From Candidatus Latescibacterota bacterium (GTDB taxonomy: Bacteria; Latescibacterota; UBA2968; GCA-2709665), in contig CAXXXF010000004.1 in assembly GCA_963667175.2 (NCBI GenBank), positions 192,001 to 256,000 on the forward strand: a DNA stretch of 64,000 nucleotides, read 5' to 3'. The notes beneath the pieces are model-generated. The model did not search any database, was not told the DNA's origin, and saw nothing but the letters and a program-made list of their open reading frames with translations. Made by a program: the position numbers and the translations under genes. This document shows, piece by piece, positions 38,079-47,429 of this stretch. Position 1 is the stretch's first letter. Each line of letters begins with the position of its first letter.

Positions 38079-38610
38079 CCGGCTCTCCTATATGTAGAAA
38101 GATATTCAAAGCGAGTCCAACCGTTTGGACTTCTCTTTCAGGTCTTCGCAAATCAACTCTGCTGATCAGAAGACTAGACACCCCACGCTTGTCTTTTACA
38201 GCGTAGAAGCGATAGCCAAACAACAGACGCATGACGGGATTAAAATGAAAGGCGCCGGCTTGCGCAATTGCTACTACGATGATTAGTAAAATATAGATGC
38301 TCGTTAGCGACTCGCTGGCAAACGTCGAATTTTCGGATCGGACAAAGGGCAACAAATAAATAAACAGGAATGTAAGAACCTCCTGATCCTTGCTTTCAAA
38401 TTCCTTAATGTAGAATGAGTGTTTTTGTGCTTTCTTCGCAGCGTTTCTCAAGAGCGCCCAACAAAGAGCAACCAAAACTATCGCAGCCAAGAACCACCAT
38501 ATCCAACTCGTCCATGGCTCGCAACGCTCGAATTGACTGATGGCCACGGCGCCGAGGACTGGAGATAAAGATGTTGATACCAACAGACACTTGGCAAGGA
38601 AGCTCAGCAT
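38071..38610 (-). CDS. kwaA: Kiwa KwaA-like membrane protein
   Basis: Four hydrophobic segments, FLFIYLLPF and FNPVMRLLFGYRFY motifs; paired with kwaB. Confidence 0.72.
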   Translation of the reverse strand: MLSFLAKCLLVSTSLSPVLGAVAISQFERCEPWTSWIWWFLAAIVLVALCWALLRNAAKKAQKHSFYIKEFESKDQEVLTFLFIYLLPFVRSENSTFASESLTSIYILLIIVVAIAQAGAFHFNPVMRLLFGYRFYAVKDKRGVSSLLISRVDLRRPEREVQTVGLALNIFLHIGEPDA

Positions 38611-39980
38611 GCTGGATTTTCCTTAGTAGGTGTTGGCAGATCCAGCCGTACCCGCCCGGATAAAAGTTGCTCCATCATCCCGTGCTTGACGGCACGAACT
38701 TTTTTTCTCCGTCGCTCCAACGCTGCGATCTCAGCATCCATATCGGAAAGGACAGTTGCGATGGCTCTTTGTTCGGTGTAGTTGGGAACAGAAAGTTCCA
38801 TAGACGCCATATCTCGGTTGCCTATTTCCAGAAATGTTGATCCAATTGCGCGCTCCAACATCCGAGACTTGAGCGTCAAGAGCACGTAATACAGAAACTC
38901 ACTCGAAACATCTGCTTTGCAGACGAGCGACTTAAACCCTTGGTTTGTGCATACTGGCGATATACTGATCTTAATCTCTCCGATGGTTGCGCGGCTGCAG
39001 AGCAGTAGGGAACCAGCAGGAAGCAGCCTCGCCCCGCAACTTGCCAATCCTTCCTCAGTGACACTCCGATGCGTCGCAACGAGGTACTTCTCACGCGTGG
39101 CCGTGATATCGGTGGGCGTACACCACGGAATCGGCCCGTTCCAATAGGCACCAATTTGAGTACTTGGCGTTGCTCCGCCGATAATGTCTGCGACTCTTCC
39201 GACCGTTGTCGTCTCCCACTCCCCGCAGAATCCCGGCAACCGAGTCTTGCCGGTAAGGAGTTGTTGCATCGCCGCTTGCTTGATGGCTCGTTTTTTGGCA
39301 ATCAGCGCTTCCAGCGTCGTAAGCAACCCATCCACATCCGACAACGCCTCGGCGATGGCGCGTTGTTCGGCCACAGGGGGGAGAAATGCACGGACGTTCC
39401 TGATTGACTGCTTTGATATTCCAAAGACCTTTAGACCAGTGGCGAGGCGACGCAATTGTTCCTTTGCCGGCCCATTCTCTAGAAGAAATCCGCGATAGCC
39501 ATATTGGACTCGCATGTCCTTTGATCTGAGCAGGAATGTATGCAATCCTGAAACTGCTTCAGCCGTACCAAGGTTTCGAATTTCGACGCTCTTACCTACA
39601 CCAATTTCGTCTTCGGAGGCATCTGCGACGACTAGATCGCCATCTCTAAGCCGGGTGGCTTTAACACTCTTGCCGCGCAAAAGATATGGTACATCTTCTC
39701 GGGAAAAGTCGATAACATGATCAAATCGGGTATGGATGTCGCCGTAATGTATATACGCCGTTTGCCCGGACTCTCCTAGATCGGCTCTAGAATTGGATGC
39801 AGTACTTTGGAAGTCGAAAAGTTCGCCAATGGAGAATACGGACCAATCATCGGGAATCACTCCCCATTCGGTTCGAGTGTAACCCTCGGGTGGATCATTC
39901 GATGGGGCAAATCCGGGTTCACTTTCTCTGCCCGAATGATCGGATATACTGTTCATCAAATTAACCCTTCGTGCGACCAC
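38604..39980 (-). CDS. hsdS: Type I R-M specificity subunit
   Basis: IPDDW, two TRDs, conserved repeats LPPVAEQRAIAEALSD...KQAAMQQLLTGKTRL and EQRAIATVLSDMD...QLLSGRVRL. Likely start 39956. Confidence 0.95.
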   Translation of the reverse strand: MVARRVNLMNSISDHSGRESEPGFAPSNDPPEGYTRTEWGVIPDDWSVFSIGELFDFQSTASNSRADLGESGQTAYIHYGDIHTRFDHVIDFSREDVPYLLRGKSVKATRLRDGDLVVADASEDEIGVGKSVEIRNLGTAEAVSGLHTFLLRSKDMRVQYGYRGFLLENGPAKEQLRRLATGLKVFGISKQSIRNVRAFLPPVAEQRAIAEALSDVDGLLTTLEALIAKKRAIKQAAMQQLLTGKTRLPGFCGEWETTTVGRVADIIGGATPSTQIGAYWNGPIPWCTPTDITATREKYLVATHRSVTEEGLASCGARLLPAGSLLLCSRATIGEIKISISPVCTNQGFKSLVCKADVSSEFLYYVLLTLKSRMLERAIGSTFLEIGNRDMASMELSVPNYTEQRAIATVLSDMDAEIAALERRRKKVRAVKHGMMEQLLSGRVRLDLPTPTKENPAC

Positions 39981-40025
39981 TGCCTAGTAATGAACACACG
40001 CGGTCTGCAACCCGCTCACACTGGA

Positions 40026-40871
40026 CTATCGGCGACACAATTCCGCTATTATCGCCGCATTTTCGCCGAGTTGATCGCTGAATTTCTGGTACATTCCCAC
40101 CAAGAGAATATCGTTGGGTTTGACATTAGCGAGTGTATATGCGAATTCCTCCCGAATCCGGTTTCTCGAGCCGATAGCGCGTCCGGCCGCGAGGACTTTG
40201 AAGACAATGCATGGTTTGGCGATATTGCGAATGATGGCACACATGCGGTCGCGGTGTTCGCGGAGGTAGATTTCGCCGAGGGGCGCATAGCCGAATTTTT
40301 GTTCGAATTCCTCCTGGGCGCCCTGCAGATAATAGAGCGCGGTCATGTAATAGTCGATATCCCAATCTTCTTCTTCCGCGATTTCGATGACGCGGGGATT
40401 GTGGACCGACAACCCGACCATGACGCCGTTGTCACGAATCCGCTTCAGAATATCTTGAAGATGGTCGAGGCGGTTCTCCTGCAGGCATCGTCCCGCAACA
40501 CCGCTTCCGTGCGGCGCCATTCCGATGGGTTCATGCGTGGCGGCTTCGTCGATCAGCGAGGGATCGTCGTACCAGTTTCCGCCCCCGCTGAGACAGAAGT
40601 AATGAATAGCGCCTCCCTCGTCGCGATATCGTCGAAGATCGGCCGCCGATCGTTCGGTAAGCGTATTTTGCCAGGCGTTTACTCCCACTTCTTCCGCGCG
40701 GCGGAGGGTTGCCATAACCTGGTCCGACGAATTAGCTTCTCTCTGATGCTCTGAGAGCAACTGATTGAAGTGTGAATACCCATAGATCGGATTGTCGCCC
40801 ATGATAAGCCGGCTGATCCGATATTTCCCGAATGGAACTGTTGGAAGTCTTACTGTATCCAATGTTGACAC
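40026..40871 (-). CDS. Aldo/keto-reductase-like TIM-barrel protein
   Basis: LPTVPFGKYRISRLIMGDNP, VGLSVHNP, CIVFKVLAAGR, LLVGM are AKR-like motifs. Confidence 0.65.
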   Translation of the reverse strand: MSTLDTVRLPTVPFGKYRISRLIMGDNPIYGYSHFNQLLSEHQREANSSDQVMATLRRAEEVGVNAWQNTLTERSAADLRRYRDEGGAIHYFCLSGGGNWYDDPSLIDEAATHEPIGMAPHGSGVAGRCLQENRLDHLQDILKRIRDNGVMVGLSVHNPRVIEIAEEEDWDIDYYMTALYYLQGAQEEFEQKFGYAPLGEIYLREHRDRMCAIIRNIAKPCIVFKVLAAGRAIGSRNRIREEFAYTLANVKPNDILLVGMYQKFSDQLGENAAIIAELCRR

Positions 40872-40892
40872 GCTGTGTCTCCTCTGCCCCTT

Positions 40893-43430
40893 TTACAACG
40901 ATAGCCCCATCCTTGTCAGGTGGCCCTCGACCTTCGCGCTGTATTCATCGACCTCCCGCTCCAACTTGGGAAGCGGCCGCGCATAACGCTCGTCGAGTTG
41001 CTTGACCCTACCGGTAAGTTGCTGTGTAATTCGCTGCACCTCTGCCTGAATATCGGCTCGGATGCGCGCGAACCATTTGTCCTCGATCACAAGCGACTTT
41101 ATTTCTTCATCAGTGAGCTGGTTGTACTTCGCAATGACCGCCATGTGCAACGCTTCCATCGCTCGTTCTTGCGCCTTCTTTTGCCTTGTCTCATCCGCGA
41201 TCAGCTGAAGATAATCGTAAAGAACATCCAGCTCCTCGAATAAGCCTTCTGCGTCCTTTATGTTCTTGATCCAGTCATTATCGCCAAATGTCGTCTTCTT
41301 GATCGACTTAGCCTGATCGTGCTCGGGCTCACCCTTGGGATACGCTTTCAAGATGGCGTCCTTGAGTTCTACGACTCGTAGCTGCACATTACCTTTTGTG
41401 ATTCCATTCTTGCCTTCCAAACCGTTAAGGGGCCCCTCTTCAGAAGCATGTTCTGCTTCGAATTCTTCCTTTCGTTCCGCTAATCTGGTGACTTCTGCCT
41501 TAAGTTGCTCGAGTTCCCGCTGTTCGGCGCTAAAAAACCCTGCAATTACCAGAGGTGAAGGTATCAATTCACCTACGTACTTGGAGGTCGTTTTTCCCTT
41601 TTTGATCGTGAATTCAGGCGATTCATTATCCTCTGGCGACCGAACGGTACGGCCGGCTTTCCAGCCATCTGAGGCAATCAGGTAGACATCGTCCTGCATA
41701 ACCTCATCCCAGTAATCCATCATCCGCTGGTAAACGTCGTGAGCGTCAATCAGGGGAAGGTCTCCAAAGCACTTCAATAGATCGTCCGCCAGAATACGTA
41801 CGATGTCCTTGAGATTCGTACCTGGACCAAGATCCGAAAGAGTCGATCGATGGGCCTTGCACCAATCGTTGAGAAGGACTGCAACCCGTTCCTCAAAAAG
41901 CTTGAATTCCCTGTGTTCAAGGATACTGGCTTTAAGCTGCTGAGTCTCAGTTCTGGCGTCACTATAGCCCGGACGGCCATTCCGTACAAACAACGCCTGA
42001 CGCAATGTCGGGAAGACCTCCCAATATGCAGCAAGTGTATCGAGGTCCCGATCCGGAATGCCGCCGTGCAGGTGCGCGTCAAGATCGTGCAAATCCTCCG
42101 CATCACTGGAGTCGATATATCGAGGAATGTTGAGGTTGTATTCGTTAGCAGGACTGCTGATCTCGGCTACCGGCACCATGCGGGAATAGCGAGGCAACTC
42201 AATCTGATTGTTGAAAACATCGGCGATCCGATGGATGTCCTGCGCCCGCAGCCGGTTCTTGTTCCCATCTTTGAGGAATCCCTTGCTGGCATCGATCATA
42301 AGGATACCCGTGCGAGCGTGGGCGTTCTCCTTATCGATGACGAGTATGCACGCGGGAATGCCAGTACCGTAGAAAAGGTTTGCAGGTAGGCCGATGATAC
42401 CCTTGATATAGCCGTGCTGGATTAGGTTCTTACGTATATCCGCCTCCTTGTTGCCGCGAAACAACACACCGTGCGGCAGAATTATCGCACCCTTTCCGTT
42501 GCTCTTGAGCGACGCAATGAGGTGTAAGAGGAAGGCATAGTCACCATTCCTTGCCGGGGGGATACCATACCCGAATCGTCCGTATTCGTCGTGTTCCGGA
42601 TTAAGTCCGCTGGTCCAGGCCTTAGCCGAAAAGGGTGGATTTGCGACGGCGAAGTCGAACGTCTTGAGACTGTCATCCGGGTTTTTGAAATACGGTGAGG
42701 CCAGCGTATTCCCACGCCAGAGTTCGGCGGTCGGGTGGCCATGCAGGATCAGGTTCATTCGAGCCAGCGCCCAGGTCGCGTTGTCCATCTCCTGGCCGTA
42801 GATTGAGATGCCGCTTGGCGCCTCGTCCGCGGCTTTGAGCAGTAGCGAGCCAGAGCCGCAGGTCGGATCGTAAATCGTCTGGTCCTGGCGAGTGTCAGAT
42901 CCAATGCCGATCACTTTCGCCATGATACGGGACACCTCGGCCGGCGTGTAAAATTGCCCTTTGCTCTTGCCTGACTCGGTAGCGAAGTGCATCATCAGGT
43001 ACTCGTACGCGTCGCCGAGCAGATCATCGCCCCCTCCGCGGTTAGCTCGAAAGTCCAGACCGTCGAATATGGCAACCAGTTTGGAAAGCCGATCCTGCAT
43101 TTCCTTGCCCGAACCGAGCTTGCTCTCGTCGTTGAAATCCGCCTGATCGATGACACCCTTTAAATCGTTCGACTCGGCAAGTCTACCAATGATCTTGTTA
43201 ATCCCGTCTCCTATTTCCTTTTTACCCTTCAACGCTAACATGTCCAAAAAGCCGCCGCCCGGAGGAACTTCGATAAGCGCGTTGGGATCGGAGGCGTGTT
43301 TGTCAGAGACATACTTCATGAACAAAAGGGTCAGGACGTAGTCTTTGTACTGAGACGCGTCCATGCCACCACGTAACTCGTCGCAGCTTTGCCAGAGTGA
43401 TGAATAGAGTTGGGATTTCTTCAATGCCAT
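40893..43430 (-). CDS. hsdM: Type I R-M methyltransferase subunit
   Basis: LWQSCDELRG, GQFYTP, YDPTCGSGSLL, VANPPF, LPHGVLFRG, YNLNIPRY. Confidence 0.96.
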   Translation of the reverse strand: MALKKSQLYSSLWQSCDELRGGMDASQYKDYVLTLLFMKYVSDKHASDPNALIEVPPGGGFLDMLALKGKKEIGDGINKIIGRLAESNDLKGVIDQADFNDESKLGSGKEMQDRLSKLVAIFDGLDFRANRGGGDDLLGDAYEYLMMHFATESGKSKGQFYTPAEVSRIMAKVIGIGSDTRQDQTIYDPTCGSGSLLLKAADEAPSGISIYGQEMDNATWALARMNLILHGHPTAELWRGNTLASPYFKNPDDSLKTFDFAVANPPFSAKAWTSGLNPEHDEYGRFGYGIPPARNGDYAFLLHLIASLKSNGKGAIILPHGVLFRGNKEADIRKNLIQHGYIKGIIGLPANLFYGTGIPACILVIDKENAHARTGILMIDASKGFLKDGNKNRLRAQDIHRIADVFNNQIELPRYSRMVPVAEISSPANEYNLNIPRYIDSSDAEDLHDLDAHLHGGIPDRDLDTLAAYWEVFPTLRQALFVRNGRPGYSDARTETQQLKASILEHREFKLFEERVAVLLNDWCKAHRSTLSDLGPGTNLKDIVRILADDLLKCFGDLPLIDAHDVYQRMMDYWDEVMQDDVYLIASDGWKAGRTVRSPEDNESPEFTIKKGKTTSKYVGELIPSPLVIAGFFSAEQRELEQLKAEVTRLAERKEEFEAEHASEEGPLNGLEGKNGITKGNVQLRVVELKDAILKAYPKGEPEHDQAKSIKKTTFGDNDWIKNIKDAEGLFEELDVLYDYLQLIADETRQKKAQERAMEALHMAVIAKYNQLTDEEIKSLVIEDKWFARIRADIQAEVQRITQQLTGRVKQLDERYARPLPKLEREVDEYSAKVEGHLTRMGLSL

Positions 43431-43500
43431 TATTCATTCCTTACCGAATGTGATGGACGACTTATAAATTTCGGACCCAAATTGCCTCCTGCAAAGCCCC

Positions 43501-43660
43501 TCAGTCAAAAACCAGCACCGTGCGCGCCACCTTCCCCTGAACCATGTCTTCGAATGCCTCGTTGATCTCGTCCAGCGGTCGATAGCGGGAAATCAGTTCG
43601 TCCAGCTTGGTCTTCCCTGCCGATACAGATCCGGAATCCAGAGGAAGTCCACGCGGGTCC
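43501..43660 (-). pseudogene. 3' fragment of a Zn-dependent alcohol dehydrogenase gene
   Basis: GKTKLDELISRYRPLDEINEAFEDMVQGKVARTVLVFD* is a typical MDR C-terminus; the rest of the gene is absent. Confidence 0.8.
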
Positions 43661-43676
43661 CGGCATTTCCTTTCTC

Positions 43677-44255
43677 TCAACCGCCCCGGATACCGAGCCG
43701 GGCGAGGACGTCCGACCACCGTTTCGCGTGACTCTCGTGGGTGTGCAGAGGCCGGAATCCTGCCGTGAGATAGCTCTTGATTGCCGGGACACGCCAATCG
43801 TCGGTGAGCAGGTGGGCCTGGCGATAGCCCAGCTCTCTGAGTCGATGAAGCACGGCGGCGTTGACCAGGTGGCCCAGGCCTTTCCCGCGCTGGTCTTCCA
43901 GCACGGCAACCATATGCACTTCCCCCACGATGCGTTCGGTCAGATCCCGGCGCCACGCGCAGGCGGAGCCGACGAGCCGCGAATCGATGGTTGCAAAAAA
44001 GAGACTTTGCGGATGGAAGCGGGGGTCGTTAATGAGTTTTTCACGGCAGGTTTCAGGCGTCCAGTCCCGCCCCACGTTTCCTTCCATGATCGCGCACCAT
44101 CCGGCTTCGTCGCCCGAACGGTACGTTCGCAGCCCATACCCTTCCGGGATCCGGATTTCCGGAAGGTCCTGCAGCGTATCTCTTATCATCTCCAGTTGCG
44201 GCGGTGGCGGAGGAGGTGATTTGGCGCACATGGAAGAAAGAATCCTGCGAAGCAT
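43677..44255 (-). CDS. GNAT-family N-acetyltransferase
   Basis: VAVLEDQRGKGLG acetyl-CoA motif A, AIKSYLTAGF. Start taken at ATG 44255. Confidence 0.85.
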   Translation of the reverse strand: MLRRILSSMCAKSPPPPPPQLEMIRDTLQDLPEIRIPEGYGLRTYRSGDEAGWCAIMEGNVGRDWTPETCREKLINDPRFHPQSLFFATIDSRLVGSACAWRRDLTERIVGEVHMVAVLEDQRGKGLGHLVNAAVLHRLRELGYRQAHLLTDDWRVPAIKSYLTAGFRPLHTHESHAKRWSDVLARLGIRGG

Positions 44256-44582
44256 GGTGGTTCTCTGGTCGAATCGGCGCGGTCTGTACCGGGGTACCGT
44301 TGGCTCGCGGTTATGCCGGGCCGGTCGCAGATCCCCGGACCCCTGCGCATCGATTGCAAATACCGTCCGTGGTCGCCATTCGTCTGACGCGAAACGGGGT
44401 TCCCGACCCGGCCGCGCCCTTATGTACAATATGAGCGTCGCGGCCGTTGGTGTCAACGGATAATCGCCCGTTCGAGCCCTGGATCGGGGGAACGAATTCG
44501 CGCCTGGCGCGAATGAAACCGGGGCCGGATTCAGCCCTGAAATCACGCCCCGGCCGGGGCCTGTTGATTCTTCGGTAATGCC

Positions 44583-44616
44583 TTGACAATTGCCAATCCT
44601 TGTGATATACTATCAC
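44583..44616 (+). promoter_or_regulatory. Sigma70 promoter of the nuo operon with overlapping palindrome
   Basis: TTGACA (44583)-N17-TATACT (44606); GTGATA-TAC-TATCAC at 44602-44616. Confidence 0.8.
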
Positions 44617-44621
44617 CGCCG

Positions 44622-44665
44622 AAAAGCGGTCCTCGGAATGAATGCCATTCCGGAACCGTTTTTTT
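44622..44665 (+). terminator. Terminator-like hairpin in the nuoA leader
   Basis: AAAAGCGGT..CGGAATG-AATGC-CATTCCG..ACCGTTTTTTT. Confidence 0.5.
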
Positions 44666-44691
44666 GAGCATGTGGGAGGTCCAGGCGCACG

Positions 44692-45057
44692 ATGCTGGTC
44701 GATTATCTTCCGATTGTTATTCTGATGGCGGTGGCCGTCGGGTTTGCAGCCGTCAGTCTGTTAATAACGCATCTGTTCGGGCCCCGCCGACCCAATCCGG
44801 TCAAATTGTCGCCATATGAATCGGGTGTGCCTCCCGTAGGCGATGCCAGACTGCGGTTTTCGGTCAAGTTTTACGTTGTGGCGATGCTGTTTATCGTCTT
44901 CGATATCGAAGTCGTGTTCTTGTACCCCTGGGCCGTTGTCTTTAAGGAAATGCTGGCCCAGGGGAACTTTATTTTTACGGAAATGGTGGTATTCCTCGGC
45001 GTTCTGGCGCTGGGGCTGGCGTACGTCTGGCGGAAGGGCGGCCTGGATTGGGATTGA
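44692..45057 (+). CDS. nuoA: NADH-quinone oxidoreductase subunit A
   Basis: PYESG, FIVFDIEVVFLYPWA, WRKGGLDW. Confidence 0.96.
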   Translation: MLVDYLPIVILMAVAVGFAAVSLLITHLFGPRRPNPVKLSPYESGVPPVGDARLRFSVKFYVVAMLFIVFDIEVVFLYPWAVVFKEMLAQGNFIFTEMVVFLGVLALGLAYVWRKGGLDWD

Positions 45058-45113
45058 ACGCGGACGGCGCGTCTGAAACATCGACGATACACGACTGACG
45101 AACGGGCAATCGC

Positions 45114-46886
45114 ATGGCCCAGGAAATGACAAACGGAACCACTGTGACTGACGTCGCCGCTGGAAACCTGACGGCCGGACGGCTGGAGGAACGGTTCGGG
45201 GAAGACGGCCTTGAGTTTTCCGAATTCTGCGGCGACTGTACGGCGGTCTGCGATGCGGACCGGGTCTCGGAAGTGCTGGCCTTCTTGCGGGATGAGCCGG
45301 GCCTGGAATACGATCGATTGTCCGATGTGACGGCCGTCGACTATTCCGAATATCCGGGGCCGCGTCCTGACGTCCGTTTCAACGTGGTCTATCACCTCTA
45401 TTCACATCCTCACAACCAGCGCTTTCGGCTCCGGGCGAACGTAGGCGAAGAAAACTGCGGGATCCCCTCCGCGTGCGGATTGTGGAAAGGCGCCGAATGG
45501 CCGGAGCGCGAAGTCTACGATATGTTCGGCATCCGGTTCGAGGACCATCCGGACCTGCGGCGCATATTGATGCCGGTAAACTTTCAGTACTACCCGCTGA
45601 GGAAAGATTACCCGCTCAACGGACGGGGCGAGCGGGACGTTATCGCGCCGGAAGATCCCGGTTTCGAGGGCAATCCTTTCGGGGACGACGACGCTCCGGA
45701 CGACGACCCGCTGGCGTCGGAGCGGATGATCCTGAACCTGGGGCCCCAGCATCCGGCAACCCACGGGACGCTGCGGCTCACGCTCGAATTGGACGGCGAG
45801 CGCATTTCCAGGTGTCTTCCGGACATAGGCTACCTGCATACCGGCTTCGAAAAACTGGGGGAACACCATACCTACAACCAGTGGGTCACGGTCACGGACC
45901 GGATGAACTATCTTTCACCGTTGTGCAACAACATCGGTTACGCGATGACGGTGGAAAAACTGATGGGCCTGGAAGTCCCGCCTCGGGCCGTGTGTATCCG
46001 TGTCATTCTGTCGGAACTTTCCCGCATCGCGGACCACATGGTCTGGCTGGGCACGCACGCGCTGGATATCGGCGCGATGACGGTGTTCCTCTACACCTTC
46101 GAACAACGTGAACGCCTGTACGATATATTCGAGGCCGTCACCGGCGCCCGCCTGACCACCAGCTATACGCGAGTTGGCGGGATGGGATGGGACGTGCCCG
46201 ACAATTTCCACGAACTGGTAACGGACTTCACGGCGCAATTCCCCAGGGCGGCCGCGGAGGTCGACAGGCTTCTGACCCGCAACAGGATCTGGATAGACCG
46301 TACCAAGGGAATCGGCGTTATCTCGGCCGAAGACGCCATCGCGTGGAATCTGACGGGTCCGATGGCTCGCGGTTCCGGTGTGAACTACGATTTGCGGAAG
46401 GCCGAGCCATACCTGGGTTACGAAGCGTTTGACTTCGACGTTCCCGTGGGCGAAAAGGGCGACGTCTACGACAGGTACCTGGTACGCATGGAGGAACTGA
46501 ACCAGAGCATCCGGATTATCGAACAGGCGGTGAACAACCTGCCCGGCGGCGCCGTAAAGGTCGACGACGCCAAGGTGATTCTTCCCGAGAAAGACGACGT
46601 GTACACCGGGATGGAGTCGCTGATCCACCATTTCAAGGTCACGATGGACCATCACGGAATCGCGCCGCCCCCGGGAGAAATCTACCTGGCTACGGAGGGA
46701 CCTAACGGGGAGTTGGGCTTCTATATCGTCAGCGACGGGAGCGGCGCCGCGTACCGGCTGAGGGTAAGACCCCCTTCGTTTATGAACTACCAGTGCTTTC
46801 CGAAACTGGCGCACGGGCATATGGTGGCCGACGTGGTGGCCATTCTGGGCAGCATCAACGTAATTGCGGGAGAGTTGGACCGGTAA
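45114..46886 (+). CDS. nuoCD: NADH-quinone oxidoreductase fused subunit C/D
   Basis: EREVYDMFGI, HPDLRRIL, PLRKDYP (C); GPQHPATHG, GYLHTGFEK, GELDR (D). Confidence 0.95.
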   Translation: MAQEMTNGTTVTDVAAGNLTAGRLEERFGEDGLEFSEFCGDCTAVCDADRVSEVLAFLRDEPGLEYDRLSDVTAVDYSEYPGPRPDVRFNVVYHLYSHPHNQRFRLRANVGEENCGIPSACGLWKGAEWPEREVYDMFGIRFEDHPDLRRILMPVNFQYYPLRKDYPLNGRGERDVIAPEDPGFEGNPFGDDDAPDDDPLASERMILNLGPQHPATHGTLRLTLELDGERISRCLPDIGYLHTGFEKLGEHHTYNQWVTVTDRMNYLSPLCNNIGYAMTVEKLMGLEVPPRAVCIRVILSELSRIADHMVWLGTHALDIGAMTVFLYTFEQRERLYDIFEAVTGARLTTSYTRVGGMGWDVPDNFHELVTDFTAQFPRAAAEVDRLLTRNRIWIDRTKGIGVISAEDAIAWNLTGPMARGSGVNYDLRKAEPYLGYEAFDFDVPVGEKGDVYDRYLVRMEELNQSIRIIEQAVNNLPGGAVKVDDAKVILPEKDDVYTGMESLIHHFKVTMDHHGIAPPPGEIYLATEGPNGELGFYIVSDGSGAAYRLRVRPPSFMNYQCFPKLAHGHMVADVVAILGSINVIAGELDR

Positions 46887-46929
46887 CAGTCCGCGGACTT
46901 GAGCCGTTCGAAGGACAGGACACCATAAT

Positions 46930-47409
46930 ATGGCGATCGCGCTTTCCGATGAGACGTTGAAGAAGTGCGAGGAGATGATCACGCACTATCCGCAGGAATG
47001 GCGAAAGGCGGCAATTCTTCCCGTTCTGCATCTGGCGCAGAAGGAGTGGGGGTACATCTCCCTCGAAGGATTGAGATACGTGGCGAACCTGCTGGAGATC
47101 CCGCCCGCCCATGCGGCGGGCGTGATGAGCTTCTATCCGATGTTCCACAAGGCGCCCGTGGGCGAGGTTGTCATCCATGTCTGCGGCACGCTGTCCTGTG
47201 CGCTCTGCGGCGCCGGCGAGCTTACGAAACACCTCAAGGAAAAACTGAAAATAGACGTGGGTGAAACCACCGGAGACGGACGGTTCACGCTGGCCAAGGT
47301 GGAGTGCATTGCGGCATGCGAAGGCGCGCCGGCCGTTCTGATCAACGAGGAACTGCATCGTTGCGTGACCCGGGAAAAGCTGGACGAACTGCTGGACCGG
47401 TCCGCGTAA
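46930..47409 (+). CDS. nuoE: NADH-quinone oxidoreductase subunit E
   Basis: SFYPMF, CGTLSC and ECIAAC 2Fe-2S ligands. Confidence 0.95.
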   Translation: MAIALSDETLKKCEEMITHYPQEWRKAAILPVLHLAQKEWGYISLEGLRYVANLLEIPPAHAAGVMSFYPMFHKAPVGEVVIHVCGTLSCALCGAGELTKHLKEKLKIDVGETTGDGRFTLAKVECIAACEGAPAVLINEELHRCVTREKLDELLDRSA

Positions 47410-47429
47410 AACAGTCGAATTGACAGGGT

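Noticed and set aside
19735-43430. Prophage, ICE, integron or CRISPR explanation for the island
   Set aside because: No integrase, transposase, phage genes, tRNA, attC-like repeats or regularly spaced direct repeats seen.
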